From: Takakia lepidozioides
Taxonomy: Eukaryota > Plantae > Bryophyta
Reading direction: 5' to 3'
DNA: 64,000 nucleotides
Assembly (NCBI GenBank): GCA_030704615.1
Contig: CM060732.1
Location: 34,162,001 to 34,226,000 of the forward strand
The translations under genes were made by a program, and so were the position numbers. The notes under the pieces were generated by a model that was not told the origin of the DNA, made no database searches, and saw only the letters and a list, made by a program, of their open reading frames with translations. Of the stretch, positions 48,712 through 62,095 are shown piece after piece (the stretch's first letter is position 1; each line of letters starts with the position of its first letter).

Positions 48712-51399
48712 GTATTCATGTCTGACCTCCCGCGTTTCGTTTGGTTACTGGTCGATTGATCTCACCCAATGAAGCTCTGCATGCTGCTTGTAACATGTCA
48801 GCTCTTCCCTGCAAGATACAGCTGCTCTTCTCCTTCCCTTTTGGAGCAATGCCAGTGCATTTGGAGCAAAAGGTAAACACAATTCACTGTGATGCAAACC
48901 TGCCATGTAATTTTCGCAATAAGTCCAGGGCAGTACAAAATGTCATCTCTAACCTCATACTGCAACCACTGAGAGACATTTTTTTTCGAAGCGCAGAAGT
49001 CTAGGCTATGTCTAAATATTGGTTTTCCTCAGGTGAATTATCCTTGAATAAACCAAACTCTTACCAGCCATTTCCAGAAGAGATTGCAACGCAAGCAGCT
49101 CCCTCGGTGAGCAGCTCCCTCGGTGTTGAAGACGTCTACAAATGGTTAATGTTGGAATCCAAGAACTCCCCGTGGAATTCACTTGTGTGACCTGCCTCCA
49201 AGCACCAAGCGCCCCATCCACTGGCATCGTAGTGAACTACTTGACGTGGAGTATTCATGGAGGGGAGAGAAAGAGGCAGGAGCCGATAATCTCTTCAGCG
49301 GCTTATGATCTCTTCGGCGGTTTCAAGGTCACAGGCACCCACTGATAACCTCTTGCTCAAGCACACAAAGAAATGTGGAAACCCAAAGAATTTGCAAGAC
49401 CCGGGAAGTCTTGATTGTTTCTATACTTGGGAGCCCACATGAAAAATTTGCTTTTACTAAATATAGCCAGGGTGATGTATGCAGCACGGATCGATACTTT
49501 TAGCGATCCCCTTCCAGGACGTTATCCAGCCCGCAAATTATCTGACCCTAGCTTGCTTGTCTAACGGATGTCTTTGGCAAATTTTATTGGTTGAGTCTCA
49601 TATTATACCTTGGTGGGCGGAAACGCCATGTATGGAAAGTTCAATGTGTATATCCTCAAGGTAGAATTAGACTACATTGGGAGTACTGGAATGACATTTT
49701 GTTGACATTTTGTGTCCTAGGATATAGGCAATGCCCTTTTAATCTCCAGTAACTGGAATATTTGCAGTGAGAGTGCCGTAGACTATTTCATGAGTGTCAT
49801 ACCCTCGTAGATCAAAATTCATCAGTTGGACTTAAAATGGGACTTTACCCTAGGTAGTAGCTGGCAGAGAGTAGTCCATGAATTATGGCCATCTACCTGA
49901 TTTTCAGTGTACCCCGCAAGATTTCTGATAACCTGACATTTAATGACGGGTGACATTTTCTTTGGAACAGACCGCTCCAGACTATTGGCTTGGCTTAGAT
50001 CCAGCAACCACCCATGACTCGCTATTTCCACATGGATGGTTAGCTGACAGCAAAGCCCAACGATCCTGTGTGGGGTGAGTATGAATATACATATTCCATA
50101 ATTGATGGTTTGGCAACTGATGGAAAGGTCGGCCATGTCTTTGTAAGAATCAATCACTGGCCCCAAATGGGGTTTCACGCACTAGGAGCTGGGGGTGGGA
50201 GCTTAGCAACATGGTCTATCAATTGATTGATCTTTCTACACTCAAACTTAATCACCTAGAAGAACTAATTTTGTGAGTAGATAGATGCTAATGAATTTAC
50301 TGGAAAAGGATGATGTGAAAATTGAAATCGCAATAGCTAGCGGTGCAATATACTTGGCATAACCTTTTCCGCAAATGACATATGAGGTCCATGATGTGTC
50401 GCCCATTCCACTTTGCCAAGGCCCACGCATACTTTGTGACCTACAAATCGAAATACCCAGTATCAAGACTTTATAGGAGAGACGTCTACCGCAAGTTCGG
50501 CCATATGAAAGATTTATGTCACACTTATTGAGGTCTCTATACTGCTTGTTTTTTTCTATACCTCTTCAACCCCCTTGTCATCTGTCTGGTCCTCTCTAGA
50601 CAAGTTCATTCCCTTCTCTTTCCATAGACGTTATAAAGTACAATTTCAATTCATTTCATTTCTCTTTCCATCTGGGCTTGCTATGGACATGCTTTCTATG
50701 ATAAAGCACGTTATAAAGTACCATTTCATTTCATTTCATTTCTTTTTCTCACTTGTAATATCAGCATCTTAAGCCAGTTCTGTCTTCAGCTGCCTATTGC
50801 TTCCATCAAATAGATATAAATTGTTCTTTATGTGTGTCTTATAGTCATGCCAGGTAAATGAGATTTTGTCATCTTTCGATGTTTGACTCTGTGAGTACGC
50901 GACCAAGCACCTGACCAAGGTATGGGGTAAGTAGTGCCAAACGTGCCTTATGCAGTTGAAGGAAAGGTTATGTTGAGCAGACGACATTGACTTATTTCTA
51001 AAGAGCTTTCTGAAGTTGTTGTGAGTCTTTCAGAATGCCTGATCTTACAACTTGGTGGATCCAAGTGTTTGGACTCCCGAAGCTTCACGGGTGCCGAGCC
51101 CAAGGCCGCGACTGCTTATCCCGACGGCTTAGAGGTTCTTTCTTTTCCACAATTGTCTTTGTTTTTGCATGCCAAATGCATCTGCAAGTTCTTGGTTGCG
51201 ATCTGGTAGACAGACGTTCATGTGTGGTTAGCGAGAGCCACTCAGGCTGCCTGCCTGATATCAATGGGAAATCAGACAACCTCCAGGCAGGTAATGCCTT
51301 GGTTGATGACGTTTCCTTGGACTCTGGTAATTTGGAGGAGGACTTAGAACTGTTGCATGATGATGGTGTCGTGAGGATAGATAGATAAGGAGGGCTCTG

Positions 51400-53886
51400 T
51401 TGTTTTGCCCATAGAATCGAGGATGGCAAAAACTGCGATTCTTCCTATTCAGATTAGTGGGGCCATGGAAGTTCAAGGTAGTGAGCCCATGGTGTTGTCT
51501 GGTCATGGACAAGATAGAATCGGGTTGGTCTCGGACGCTAGGGCTATTACGAGCAGTAAGCCGGCCCAGGGTGCTAACGTGAGTTCTAGTGTGCTACTTG
51601 TTGTGGATTTCCTTAGTCCCACTCTCAGGGGAGGGAATTTGTTGCCTGCAAGTGCAGGCGTGCATGTGGGCAGTTTTCATGTGTTGAATGTGCATGGTGT
51701 TGTTCAAGGTGGGGGTATCATGATGCCAGGGCCCTCTAGTGTGTCTATTGCGCCGACTCCTACCATCACAGGTCAATCAGTGGGGGCCCTTTCTGCTCCA
51801 CAGGCTGGGGTGCCACCACACCTTGTCTCTAGCCAGTCCATGGGTATGTACGTTGGTAATATCCCTCCTAGTGGTCTAAGATCAGTGTCAATACAATTGT
51901 TGGGAGTAGCATCCACTCTTCTCATGAGTGGAATGCCACAAGCCCACTTACAGTCGACCTACCCTGCTGCTCAGCCAAATGTGGCAACACCTGCTCTCAG
52001 CTTACACTGCTGTAGGATCAGCCAGCAATAATAATATGAATTGTAATTCTACATCTAATATTGGATATGTGCATGGTAATACTGCTGCTATGGTTCCTTG
52101 TTGCCCTGCTCATGGGTTTGTCCTCCTTGGTCACATTAACCATAGCTTGCATTGTCATCTGATCCCTCAGTTGACTACTCAACCTTACCCAAAATATACA
52201 TGGGAAAAGACTTTGATAGATATCTTCAGATGTTTGAGGTCATTGCTGGTGTCAATGGAGTGCCTGAGAATTTCAAAATGGTGATTTTTAGGATGAGCAT
52301 GAAAGGACCAGCTCGTGACTTACTACATGCGGCTGTCATAGATGATCCCAGCCTCAATTGGGCAACTCTGGTGGAATGGGCAAAGACCTTGTTCAAACCT
52401 CCTGAGAGGCCTCTAGATTGCTTTGCCAAGCTTTTTGCTAGGACTTACCAACCTGGGGAATCTTTGTGGACGTATTACATGGATCTTAAATTTGCTGCTG
52501 TTGAAAATATCATAGACCCTGCAGAGAGAGATTGTATGGTTAAAAGGTATTTTCTCCTTGGGTTGCCCTCCATTGTTCAGAATTAGGCTCAACGACGTCA
52601 TTTTGTCAATGACAAGACTATGTTAGTAGAAATTAATCTTAAAATGGCAGACTTGGCTGACAGCAAATCAATGCAACGTCATGCCAAGTTTCGAGCTCCA
52701 ATGGGTTGAGAGCTTGGCATGCCTGCAACATCTTCATCATATGTTCCTCTTGTCATGACATGCAAAACTGATGATTTTACTCTTCAGGGATTGGCTAATA
52801 TTGTGGGAAGTCTTAGTGAGTCTGTTGCCACTCAGTTTGCTGCCTTGCCGGCTCATCAACAGAGGTGGCAGCCTCGACATGGTCAAGGACCAACAGGTGG
52901 TAACAATAGAGGTCGAACCCAAACTGGGCAAGCCTATGAGGGTAATCGTGCTGCCTGTTACATTTGTGGGTCATTTGAACACTGGACAAAGCATTGTCCA
53001 GATAGAGCAGGGCTACCAGAGCTGATCAAGAACAAGAAGACAACTAGTGCCTCTTCCCCTCCTTTAAACTAGAAAGATCTCGTGGGAAGGGGGCAAGAGG
53101 TCCATCATCTACCAACCCTACTTCTTATGTTCCATTCATATCCACGAGCTCAGCTTTCCCTGTGTGATTGATATTGGATGCACCATATCTGCTATACCTT
53201 TAAGTGTTGTGAGAATTCTTGGTCTTAAACTATGCCCTGCCATGGGTATTGAGGTGCTTATTGCAGATGGATCCAGGTATGAGCCCTTAGGATTAGTCAC
53301 TGTTCCCATCATGATTCATAAAAGGGAGGTTGTGGTGACCTGCATAGTCACCATTGGTGATCAATTTCTTCTAGGCCTTGACTGGATGACTGGAACTGGT
53401 GCCACCATCAGCTTAGCTGACTACTCCCTTTGCTTTAACAATGGAGAAGGGCATGAGGTAGTGGTTCCCTTGAAAGCAGTGAAGATCAAGGCTGGGTCTG
53501 CCACAGCCAATTTGTCCAGAGTCCAGGCCCTGGTCAAATAGGTACAGCAGAACTCTCACTCCAACCTCAATTAGCATGATTTCTACAAATATCAACCTGA
53601 TCTTCAACTCTTATATCAGTGGCATGTTCCCGGTGCTAGAGATAGGACAGGGGTGCCCATAGCCATTCCAAAGAATTCTACTCTGATTCGTGCACCTCTC
53701 AACATCACCATCCCTGCCTTGACCCAGAAGGTGGTCAAGTCTGGTCTGGCCTTCTTGTGTCCAGCTGCTCATTTCCTAGAAGTTGAAGGATGGAGGAAGC
53801 TGACTATCTTTAAGCATTGCCTGGTAGCCAATGGATCACTACAAGAGATGAGCGTTTTTAAGACTACGGCTTTTGCAGAGTCATAA
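51400..53886 (+). mobile_element. Decayed Ty3/gypsy fragment: gag, zinc knuckle, protease, dUTPase-like remnant
   Basis: Gag ORF 52152-52586, CYICGSFEHWTKHC, TTTAAAC-TAG at the gag end, IDIGCTIS...FLLGLDW; several stops; no RT. Confidence 0.75.
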
Positions 53887-54379
53887 AACGGCACTAGGTA
53901 CACGACTACAGAACGCTGAAATGCGTTGCAGTCATTGTTTTATCACTCTGTAGTAATGGATATCACTACATGACTCCGGAAAGGTAGGGAGCATTGGTCA
54001 AACATTGTTGACCACTATGACAAGGATGGTTTGTATGACTCGCGTCCTATGGAGGACTACACGTGGATGAATTTTCCTAGAATCGTATGACTTCATGACT
54101 GAATATGGTTTCAGAGCTCTAATTATACGATTGCATCATTACACGTGTCGTTTTGAAGGCACATACACGAATGTATTCATCCATTGGGTAAGTTCATTCA
54201 TCAATGATCAAAGTACAAAAGATTTAAAAATTTCAAAAAGTTGCTTATAGGGTTGCCAATTAGGGTAGCCGTGAACATGATAGGGCTGGGACTTGGCCTC
54301 TTTTTCTGTCTCTCGCCACACCATATGTTTTCTTAGTATCCACAAGCCTAGAGCATAGAACGCGATGATCGCAGGATGT

Positions 54380-54842
54380 GCAGGGGCGTGGGATGGTATT
54401 CTTGAGCAAATGATGTATGAAGGGCGAGGATATGCACAGCGGGGGCATGGTATAGAGGCTTCGGAGACGTATGAGCAAATAATGCGGGAAGGGGTAAAGC
54501 CGGACCGGTTGTTTGTGTTTAAAATGCGCGTGCGAGCTTGGTAGCCCTAGAAAAGGGTAAAGGTCCATGGTGACATTGTCCGAAGGCATCTTCTTCAGTA
54601 CATTTCACCCTGTTTTTCCCTCTTATCAGAATCGCCCAAAATTTCCATGTTGAATGGGTATCCAGAAACAGGTAATAGAGACAGTTGTGGCAGTATTGAG
54701 GATACAAAGGGAGAGTGTTTGAGAATATGGCCGAACAAACTGTTGTGTCCTAGAGTGGGATAATCCCGGGATGGAGGCATTGGAGACCTATGTCAAGCAA
54801 ATGATGCGGGAAGGGGTAAAGGCAGACTTGGTCACGTTTGTA
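54380..54842 (+). pseudogene. PLS-class pentatricopeptide repeat (PPR) fragments
   Basis: GHGIEASETYEQIMREGVKPD...ACASL.ALEKGK.VH and EALETY.QMMREGVKADLVTFV, with multiple frameshifts. Confidence 0.7.
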
Positions 54843-55087
54843 GATGCATGGCCTGCAGGGATGCCTCGGCGTGAGCCTGATCATGCGAGCGCAACTGCGC
54901 TCACGCCACGTCACCTTGCGCCAATGCCACATCACGGGGCTCACTCCACGTCATCACACTTGAAGGCCGCGTCAGCACGCGCCCAGGAAGAAGTGGAGTG
55001 TATTCCCGCAGATTGGCACCCTTTACCGCGGAAACAAGCTGGACGACATAATAAAAGGCAGTGGTCATTCCCACCTGAAAGCAACAG

Positions 55088-55440
55088 ATGAATAAAGGAT
55101 GGATGAATGTATAGTTGGATGATATAAAGATGGATGAGTGTGAAAAATGAATGTAGATGGATGAATGAGGGATGGATAAGAGTCAAATGGATGAATGTGT
55201 AATGGATGTTGAACAATGGAAAACATTCATGACAGGAAGATGCATGACTTCAACTTTAGACAAATGCACGACGTATATGACATGAGTGTGGCTGGTTTGT
55301 GGGGTGGATTAAAGAGTACTGAGGATGAATGTACAGTAGATGTTGAACAAAGGAAAACATTCATGAATGGAGCACGCATGAATACACTGTAGATGAATGC
55401 ACAATGGTAAGAATAGTCAGGGAGGTTTGTGAGATGGATT
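55088..55440. repeat. GGATGAATG(T) reiterations (half-site of the element C palindrome)
   Basis: Multiple GATGAAT/ACATTCAT units directly visible. Confidence 0.6.
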
Positions 55441-57565
55441 CATACATATTGCAATTCAAATGAAAGTTGATTATTTGATTATTATATTTTCTAAAGAAAC
55501 AACTACGGTGGAGGAAGGGGATTCAACGTTTTCCAAAGAGTATAAAACTAAATATTAAAAGAACATAGTTCAATCTGACTCAGAGTCAGTACAATGTATC
55601 CCCACTTCCTCTGCATCTAAGTCTAAGTATTTAAGAACACCGGATCTACGCTGGATACACCTACGGCCGGGCAGTAAAAAGTCAGGGGATAGGGACTCGG
55701 CCGCGTGAAGTGCCATTGCTTCGGCATAAACAGGAAGCAGAAAATTGGAAAGGGGGCTGTCGAAAACAGACTCGCCACAAATGACTGTATCTCCTGAAGA
55801 TCCACCGCTGCCTTTCCTGAAAGACAGCCTGAAAAAGTTATTACTGTAACTTTGATGTACTCCAACAGTATTTGCATGAACGCTGGGGATTTTTCTTTGG
55901 ACCTCTCCAGGGAGTGCCATCTGGTCTCTTCAGAGTCTGACTGGACTGCATGAAGTTGTACAAAATGTCATCGACATGCGGCTCATAGGGGGGGTTGACG
56001 AAACAACCCTGGTCAGAAATCTCAAAGCTGCGGATGGAGGATGGTGTCTTTGAGGTGCGAATCCTCCGCAGGCAAATCGCCTCGAACATCCTCGTCTGCC
56101 AAAGACAGCAGGTTAATGTGGTAAATATAATCTATAGTGGAAGTGTGTACATCGGCTATTCAGAACTCAGGCATAAACAATCATTTTTATCTCGAATCGG
56201 TGATGATCGGAGTCGATCATCACAGATTCTTCAAGAGTGGAGCTGCAGAGAACATTGAAACTCATCATGAAAGCACAAGCAGAAGGGAGACGGTATACCA
56301 GCTGACCAGGGAAACCCCCTTTCACAAGGTAGAGGTTGTTCACACAATTCCATGTGCGCAAAACTTCAAACCCTGAAGACTTCAGGTATGATGCCAATGC
56401 CCGACGACTATCTTTGTCACATGACTGAAAAAGAAGAAGTGTCCCTGCATCAGAGAGGAAATTATTACAAAACCCGAACACCCATCCTCCAGTAGTTGTC
56501 CTCGAATTTGTTCCACCCTGACGTCTTGCCCTTTGGAAGAACTTCTGGCACAGCTTGGCCATCCGGGATGTCGAGAATGACAATGTCAGCCGCATATGTT
56601 TTCTGCACACTGCACACGAAGGTGGGACCATTGCTCACCTGCAACAGACATGTTTATTTTAAGAATGATGGCAAGAATGTTTTCAAAGAACCAGACTGAA
56701 ATACTGCCAATGAAACTTTCAGAGAAAAAGGAAAGAAACTTGAATTCTCACCAGATTGAAAAATGAGATTATGTTGTCCCAGGTAGGCGAAGGCACCCCA
56801 GTGTATCCTCTCTTTCGACTCTGCATCATCGCCAGGCAACCCTCATTTACAATTTTAATATCTCCAGCCGAATCAGAACGGGAAGGGTGTGGCTTGGCAT
56901 CGAATACGCACTGAACTGTGCGGGTATATCTTCCAGCAGTGAAGTCCTGCTGCCCACTCTACGTTTCCGTCTCTATCTCATTTTCTTTCTCCTTCCCCTT
57001 GTCCTTTTCCTTTTCTTTCTCTTTGGACTTGTCTTTGTCCTTTGGCTTTGCTAGTGAGATGGCAATGACATCAGTAGCCTTGTCTTTTGGTTTGCGGCCC
57101 GGCTTCGTTCCTTTCTGCAGCGTTCCCTGAGCATTAAGCTCCTTGGCAGCCAATGTTGCTATGTTTCTTTGGTACTGCTCATCAGTCAGAGGCGCTAGCA
57201 TCTCAGTATTATTGTTCAAATATTTCATGTGTTGTTCTTGAAAGGTCGTGTGCTCCGGTGGGCAGTCAAGGTACCAGCCACAGTCTCTGAAGTGAGAAGG
57301 ACTCCAGTCCTTCAATATCCCTGCAGTATACATGGTTGGATCGTTTGCAGGGTCCGACCACATGTCAAGATAGTCTAGAATACCGCTCAGGTGATTTCCT
57401 TCCATAAGTACATATTTTGTGTACTTGTTAAACAGGAGATAAAACCCAACCCACCAAAGCGCGAAGTAGGTAAGATGCAAGTAGCAAAGAATGAAAAAAA
57501 CAAGGAATGAAATGGTTCTGAGAACTGCTCCAAGGATCTCTCAGGACCACGCGACAGCTCTGGAC

Positions 57566-58341
57566 GTGAATGTCGTCAACGCCATTCAAAAAATTCCATT
57601 CAATGATACTGCAAATACAATTTAATCCACGTGAATGAAAGCTCTCGCTTTGGAATGACACAGACATAGAAGTGAATGTCGTCAACATCATTCACTTTGG
57701 ATCACTGATTACACTGCTAATCAACCCTAATGATTTCTCAAAAGAGGCAAAATCATTGGATGGAAACTGAATGTCGGCAACGACATTCATAAACTCGAGT
57801 AAAGAACCATCCCTAAAAATTCAATGGACATTCAAAACTTACATAACACTGAGGACCTCAAAATAACACTGGATGTGAATGGCGTCAACGCCATTCACAA
57901 AATTGTGAACAAGGTACCAATAAATACACCCTAAGCCAACCTAATCCATGTAAATTGAAATTGTCGCTGATGAATGAAACAGACATAGAAGTGAATGTCG
58001 TCAACGACATTCACATTGGATCTCTGATAACACAGCTAATCAAGCCTCAAGATTTCTCGCAAGAGGCCAAAACATTGCAGAACAACTGAATGTCTGCATT
58101 GACATTCACAAACTGGAGTGAGGAACACTCCCTGTAATTTCTATGGACATTGCAAAAACTTACATAACTCTGAGAACCTCTTAACAACTCTGGATGCGAA
58201 TGTCGTCAACGCCATTTAGGGACACTATAAATTCTAATCAGGGACACTATAAATATACCCTAAGCTCCTAATCTAGGTGAGTTCAAATTCTCGCTTAAGA
58301 ATGACTCAGACAAAAAAGTGAATGTCGTCAACGACATTCAA
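57566..58341. repeat. Intronic array of 8 palindromes GTGAATGTCGTCAACGACATTCAC within a ~320-bp higher-order repeat
   Basis: Starts at 57566, 57672, 57767, 57875, 57991, 58086, 58196 and 58318. Confidence 0.92.
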
Positions 58342-60239
58342 TTTGGATCTATGATTACAATCCTTATCAAGCCTAATTATTTCCCAAAAAGAGCAGTAGA
58401 GTTTTCAGTATGATATTGCACCTATACACAACTCGCATCATGGCCCACTCTCCCCCAGCCTGACTGTCAAAAGTCGTTGGACCGTAAAATGTTACCATCC
58501 TTGGAGAACTCCTGGAAAAAACAGTATCTCCAGGTGAGACCTCTCCACTTCCTTATGTAGGCCTCCAATGACATTTGGGGAGGGGAAACAATCGAAATGT
58601 TCAAGTCCTTCAAAGTCTGATCCAGCACAATGACAGCGCGCTTTTCAATGCAAATTGAATATTTGTCAGTATTGCAAATAAGATACTCGTCACATAATTG
58701 AAGAAAAGAAAACGGATTATTTGAATACACACCTGACTCCAAAATGTAGCCTTGTGAAGCCAGTTATCAAACACCAAATCACTGTTTCTTTCCATCTTTG
58801 TGTCAGGCTGTATGGTGCTCTTTGGGAACTGATTCAAGTCCTTCACTGTCTGATCTGAGTTACATATCTCCAGCCACCTTATTTTTATTTGGGGGTCGAC
58901 CATGGATATGGCCAGCCGGTGCAATTTCTCCTGCTGCTTCTCTGGATGCACATGCTTGTCATAGTGAGATTTGATCTGCTGAAGGAACTCAGAACCAAGT
59001 CCAGGATCTACTATTCTAAGCTGCTTTCCGAAGGTGGACATCAATTTTGTTCTGCGCATTTCGAACTCCTTCTTTATTGCTGCTTCCACACCCTTTGAAG
59101 TCCTTAGTTCCTCTGGTGTAGTGCGGTAATATTCGGATTTTCCCTTCTCAGCTGCCTCTGCCAGTTCTTGCTGCATTGATTAAAATAGTGATTAGCACCG
59201 AAGGAACTACAAACATGTATTCGAAAAGAAAACTGAGTACAGACTCGGGCTTACTGTATACATGTATTCCAGAAACGCCTCTCGAGTCAAAGAATACCAA
59301 GTGCCTACAGCTCTCCTGTTTCGCACTTCTTCATTATATTGGGGTGGAGTATTGTCCGAAAATCATCAAGCTTCATCAGACCAATCCTCTGAATTCGGAA
59401 TAGTGTGTGGACCAAGCTTGTTGTCACATGCGATTTCTCTGTCGATATGCAAAAACATTGGAAACATTGCATTCCTCAACACTGTTTTTTTTGGGATTAA
59501 CAAGACATTACAGAGGGAATGGAGTCTTTAGGATGACTTACTTGTTCACGTCGTGCATAGCTGTAAGAAGCCTAGCGATGTCGTTTCCAGGATCCAAAAC
59601 CATTGCCTCCATAGCAACATGCTTGTCTTTGTCTTTCGCATGATGTTTCTGAATGTATCCCAGCAATCGGTGGTTGCTGTCCCAAACGTAGAACATGTGG
59701 TTGCAGAATTGATGGGTGTTCTTTCCCATCATGAGACCCAGCTCGAACTCCTCATTAGCATCTTTCCAGCACTCACTCCAGGTATCACTGATCTCTGGAG
59801 ACACTAATGTGCTTTTTCCATTTGTATCCGTCAGTGACACATAAAAAACTTGTGCACCAAGTCTGTATCCATGCACGAAATCACTCTCCAATTTTGTTAT
59901 GTCATGGGAAAGAGGTGGATGCACAACAGGCATAGATATCATCCGGCATAGAGGGATGTCCAGACGCCCTCCAGATACTAGCATGTCCCTTATAACCTCC
60001 TAAGAGTTTACCTTCTGAAATGACATGAGTTCTTTCACCTTGTCAAGGTAGTGCACTTCAGATTCATCTGCTTCATCGCTATTCTCTGAGCTTTTTCCAG
60101 ACTCGTCCCCATCTCCAGATCCTTTCCCCTCTGTGTGAAACAAATTCAGAACCATCTACACAAGCAAAGCTGATCCAGCCGAATTCAAACAAAACACTAT
60201 GATTCTAGGGACACAAGAACAGAAAGATTTTGAGCAAGA

Positions 60240-60859
60240 GCGAACGGCGTTAACGACAATCACAAAAGAGTGGGGCCTGTCGGATCGGTGTTGTGCAATG
60301 ACATGTATGTGTAAGTGATTGGCGGCAACGACACTCAGTATAGTTTAGGGTGGACAATAAGTGCAGATTATTCAGATAGACTCCATTGTGATGAACGTCG
60401 CAAGCATTCACTGTTTCTTGTCTATGTCGAGAGTACTTTCCAATCGATACTCTACCTGAATCTAAAGTATGGTCTTCAAATCTTTGAATGGCGGTACCGC
60501 CTTTTCACTTCTCTATTTGTTCAATCTCAAACAAAAAAAATGCATTGCAAAACAATATGACTGAATATGCCGACCCTCACTGTCTCTTTAAACACATAGG
60601 TACATAAATCTCATGAGGAGAATTGAATGGCGTTAACGACGCTCGCAATTCAGTAGACTTCAATCACATGTTCCTTCTAAAGAATTCTAAAGAAGGCAAG
60701 AGGAAGGACTGCTTGAAAGGCCATCAGACAGACTGTATGATCTGAACAACAGTGAATGACGATACCGTCTGTCACCCACTCATTGTGTGGAAAACCTTAA
60801 CAGAAGAGTAGAAAGCAAATCACCGTTGTTTCATGGTGATGGTCGGTAGCGACAATCCC
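60240..60859. repeat. Second intronic array of about 8 degenerate copies of the same palindrome, with unique spacers
   Basis: Starts at 60240, 60315, 60391, 60484, 60561, 60623, 60752 and 60836. Confidence 0.75.
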
Positions 60860-62095
60860 TTTCTGGGACATTTCACTCAATCTCTACGCAGATCTTCAAC
60901 AATGAAATGGAAGTTACAAAAAACTTACTGGCGCCTTCTTAGGTTTTGAAATTGGATCCCCTTCTGCAGCTTTCCTCTTCCCTTTCACATCTGCTGGAAT
61001 TTCTGTCTGCTCTAGGGTTTCTGGACCTTCTCCCGGTTCAACGTTCCTCGTACGTCCACCTCCTTCGGTTTCCCTGCGAATCATCTCTGCATCCACAGGC
61101 TGGTTTCCAACGCGCACTGTTATCGCCGACTGTGTCACAGCCACTGCCTCAGTCTCGGTTTGCTCTTGTGATTCAGTCTCCATGTTCACCTGTTGCCTTG
61201 GCCCTGTGTTCTCCAACAAACGACGCCTCATCATTTGCTCTCTTGCTCTGCGTCTCTCTCTAATGGAAGTAAAATAAAGAGACTTTCTTCTCTTTCGTAT
61301 TGTAGAAGGAACCCTCTCTAGCTTGACTACCACTCTCCCTCTAAGCGCGAAAAGTAGAAAAACGAAGTGACTCGCGATTTCTTGCGGGATTGCGTGCGTA
61401 GTGGCTTGTCTCTAGAAGCATCGGATTCCCTCTCGCATGACCGTTACACATAGCCATTCCCTTATTAGTGCACATGCCAGCAATTAGTGTACAACTGTTC
61501 GTATTCAATATAGTTATCAATGTCTGACGTGTGTCGCCCAAAATAAACGACGTGTTCTTTATTACAACGGTCTCAATATTTGAAAATAACAACGAATCCC
61601 AGAAATCTTGGCGCACAGTCTTAGACTAATATATGTATATGAACGAGTGTTTGATAACAAATTTTGGGATATCATACACGTTCAACCTTGTTAGCCAACC
61701 CCACGTTCGTTTCACATTTTGAACTTTCCAGGTGCGCATGATCATTGGTAGTAGTATAAAGATACATTTACTTAATCTGCAATCCCACCCTCAGATCCTG
61801 TGGCATGCTTCCAGGATGTCGGCTTGTTATTGTGTTCATTGATGAGGTTCTGATTAACGGTTTAACAGCTGCTGACATTGCTCCTATGGATACTCTGACC
61901 ACAGGGCCCACAAAAAAAAAAATTAAAATGGACGGCTGCATATCTGGAAGGAATAACAGAATATGCACAGTCGTCGTCTGAGCTTCCTCCGCCATATTCT
62001 CTGCTCATCCTTCAATAGTGTTCTGGTGACATCAGTAAACCGATTTACACTGAAGGTCTACGATAGACAGGTATCAACGTACTTGAGGAAGGAAG

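Larger units (their letters stand above)
55570..61333 (-). pseudogene. Multi-exon passenger gene: ParB-N-like domain + amino-methyltransferase-like domain
   Basis: Exon 59538-60130 has IPLCRM...FYVWDSNHRL (59667-59681, ParB/Srx DGNHR-like). Further exons at about 59260-59460, 58467-59176 and 56959-57480. ADIVILDIPDG (56558-56587)...FLSDAGTLLLF; PWRGP/EKSPAFMQILLE (55860-55912); GKAAVDL..VICGES. Several frameshifts. Confidence 0.6.

Noticed and set aside
51405-52031. 208-aa ORF as a host gene
   Set aside because: Low-complexity and directly upstream of gag; treated as part of the decayed retroelement.
53860-54250. ACTAC/ATGACT reiterations as a distinct element
   Set aside because: Too degenerate to define a unit or boundaries.
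55985-55996. FVNPPY as the catalytic motif IV of the MTase-like domain
   Set aside because: It looks canonical but lies in the variable region and is absent from the aligned part of element A. DIVILDIPDG fits beta-class order better. Not fully excluded.
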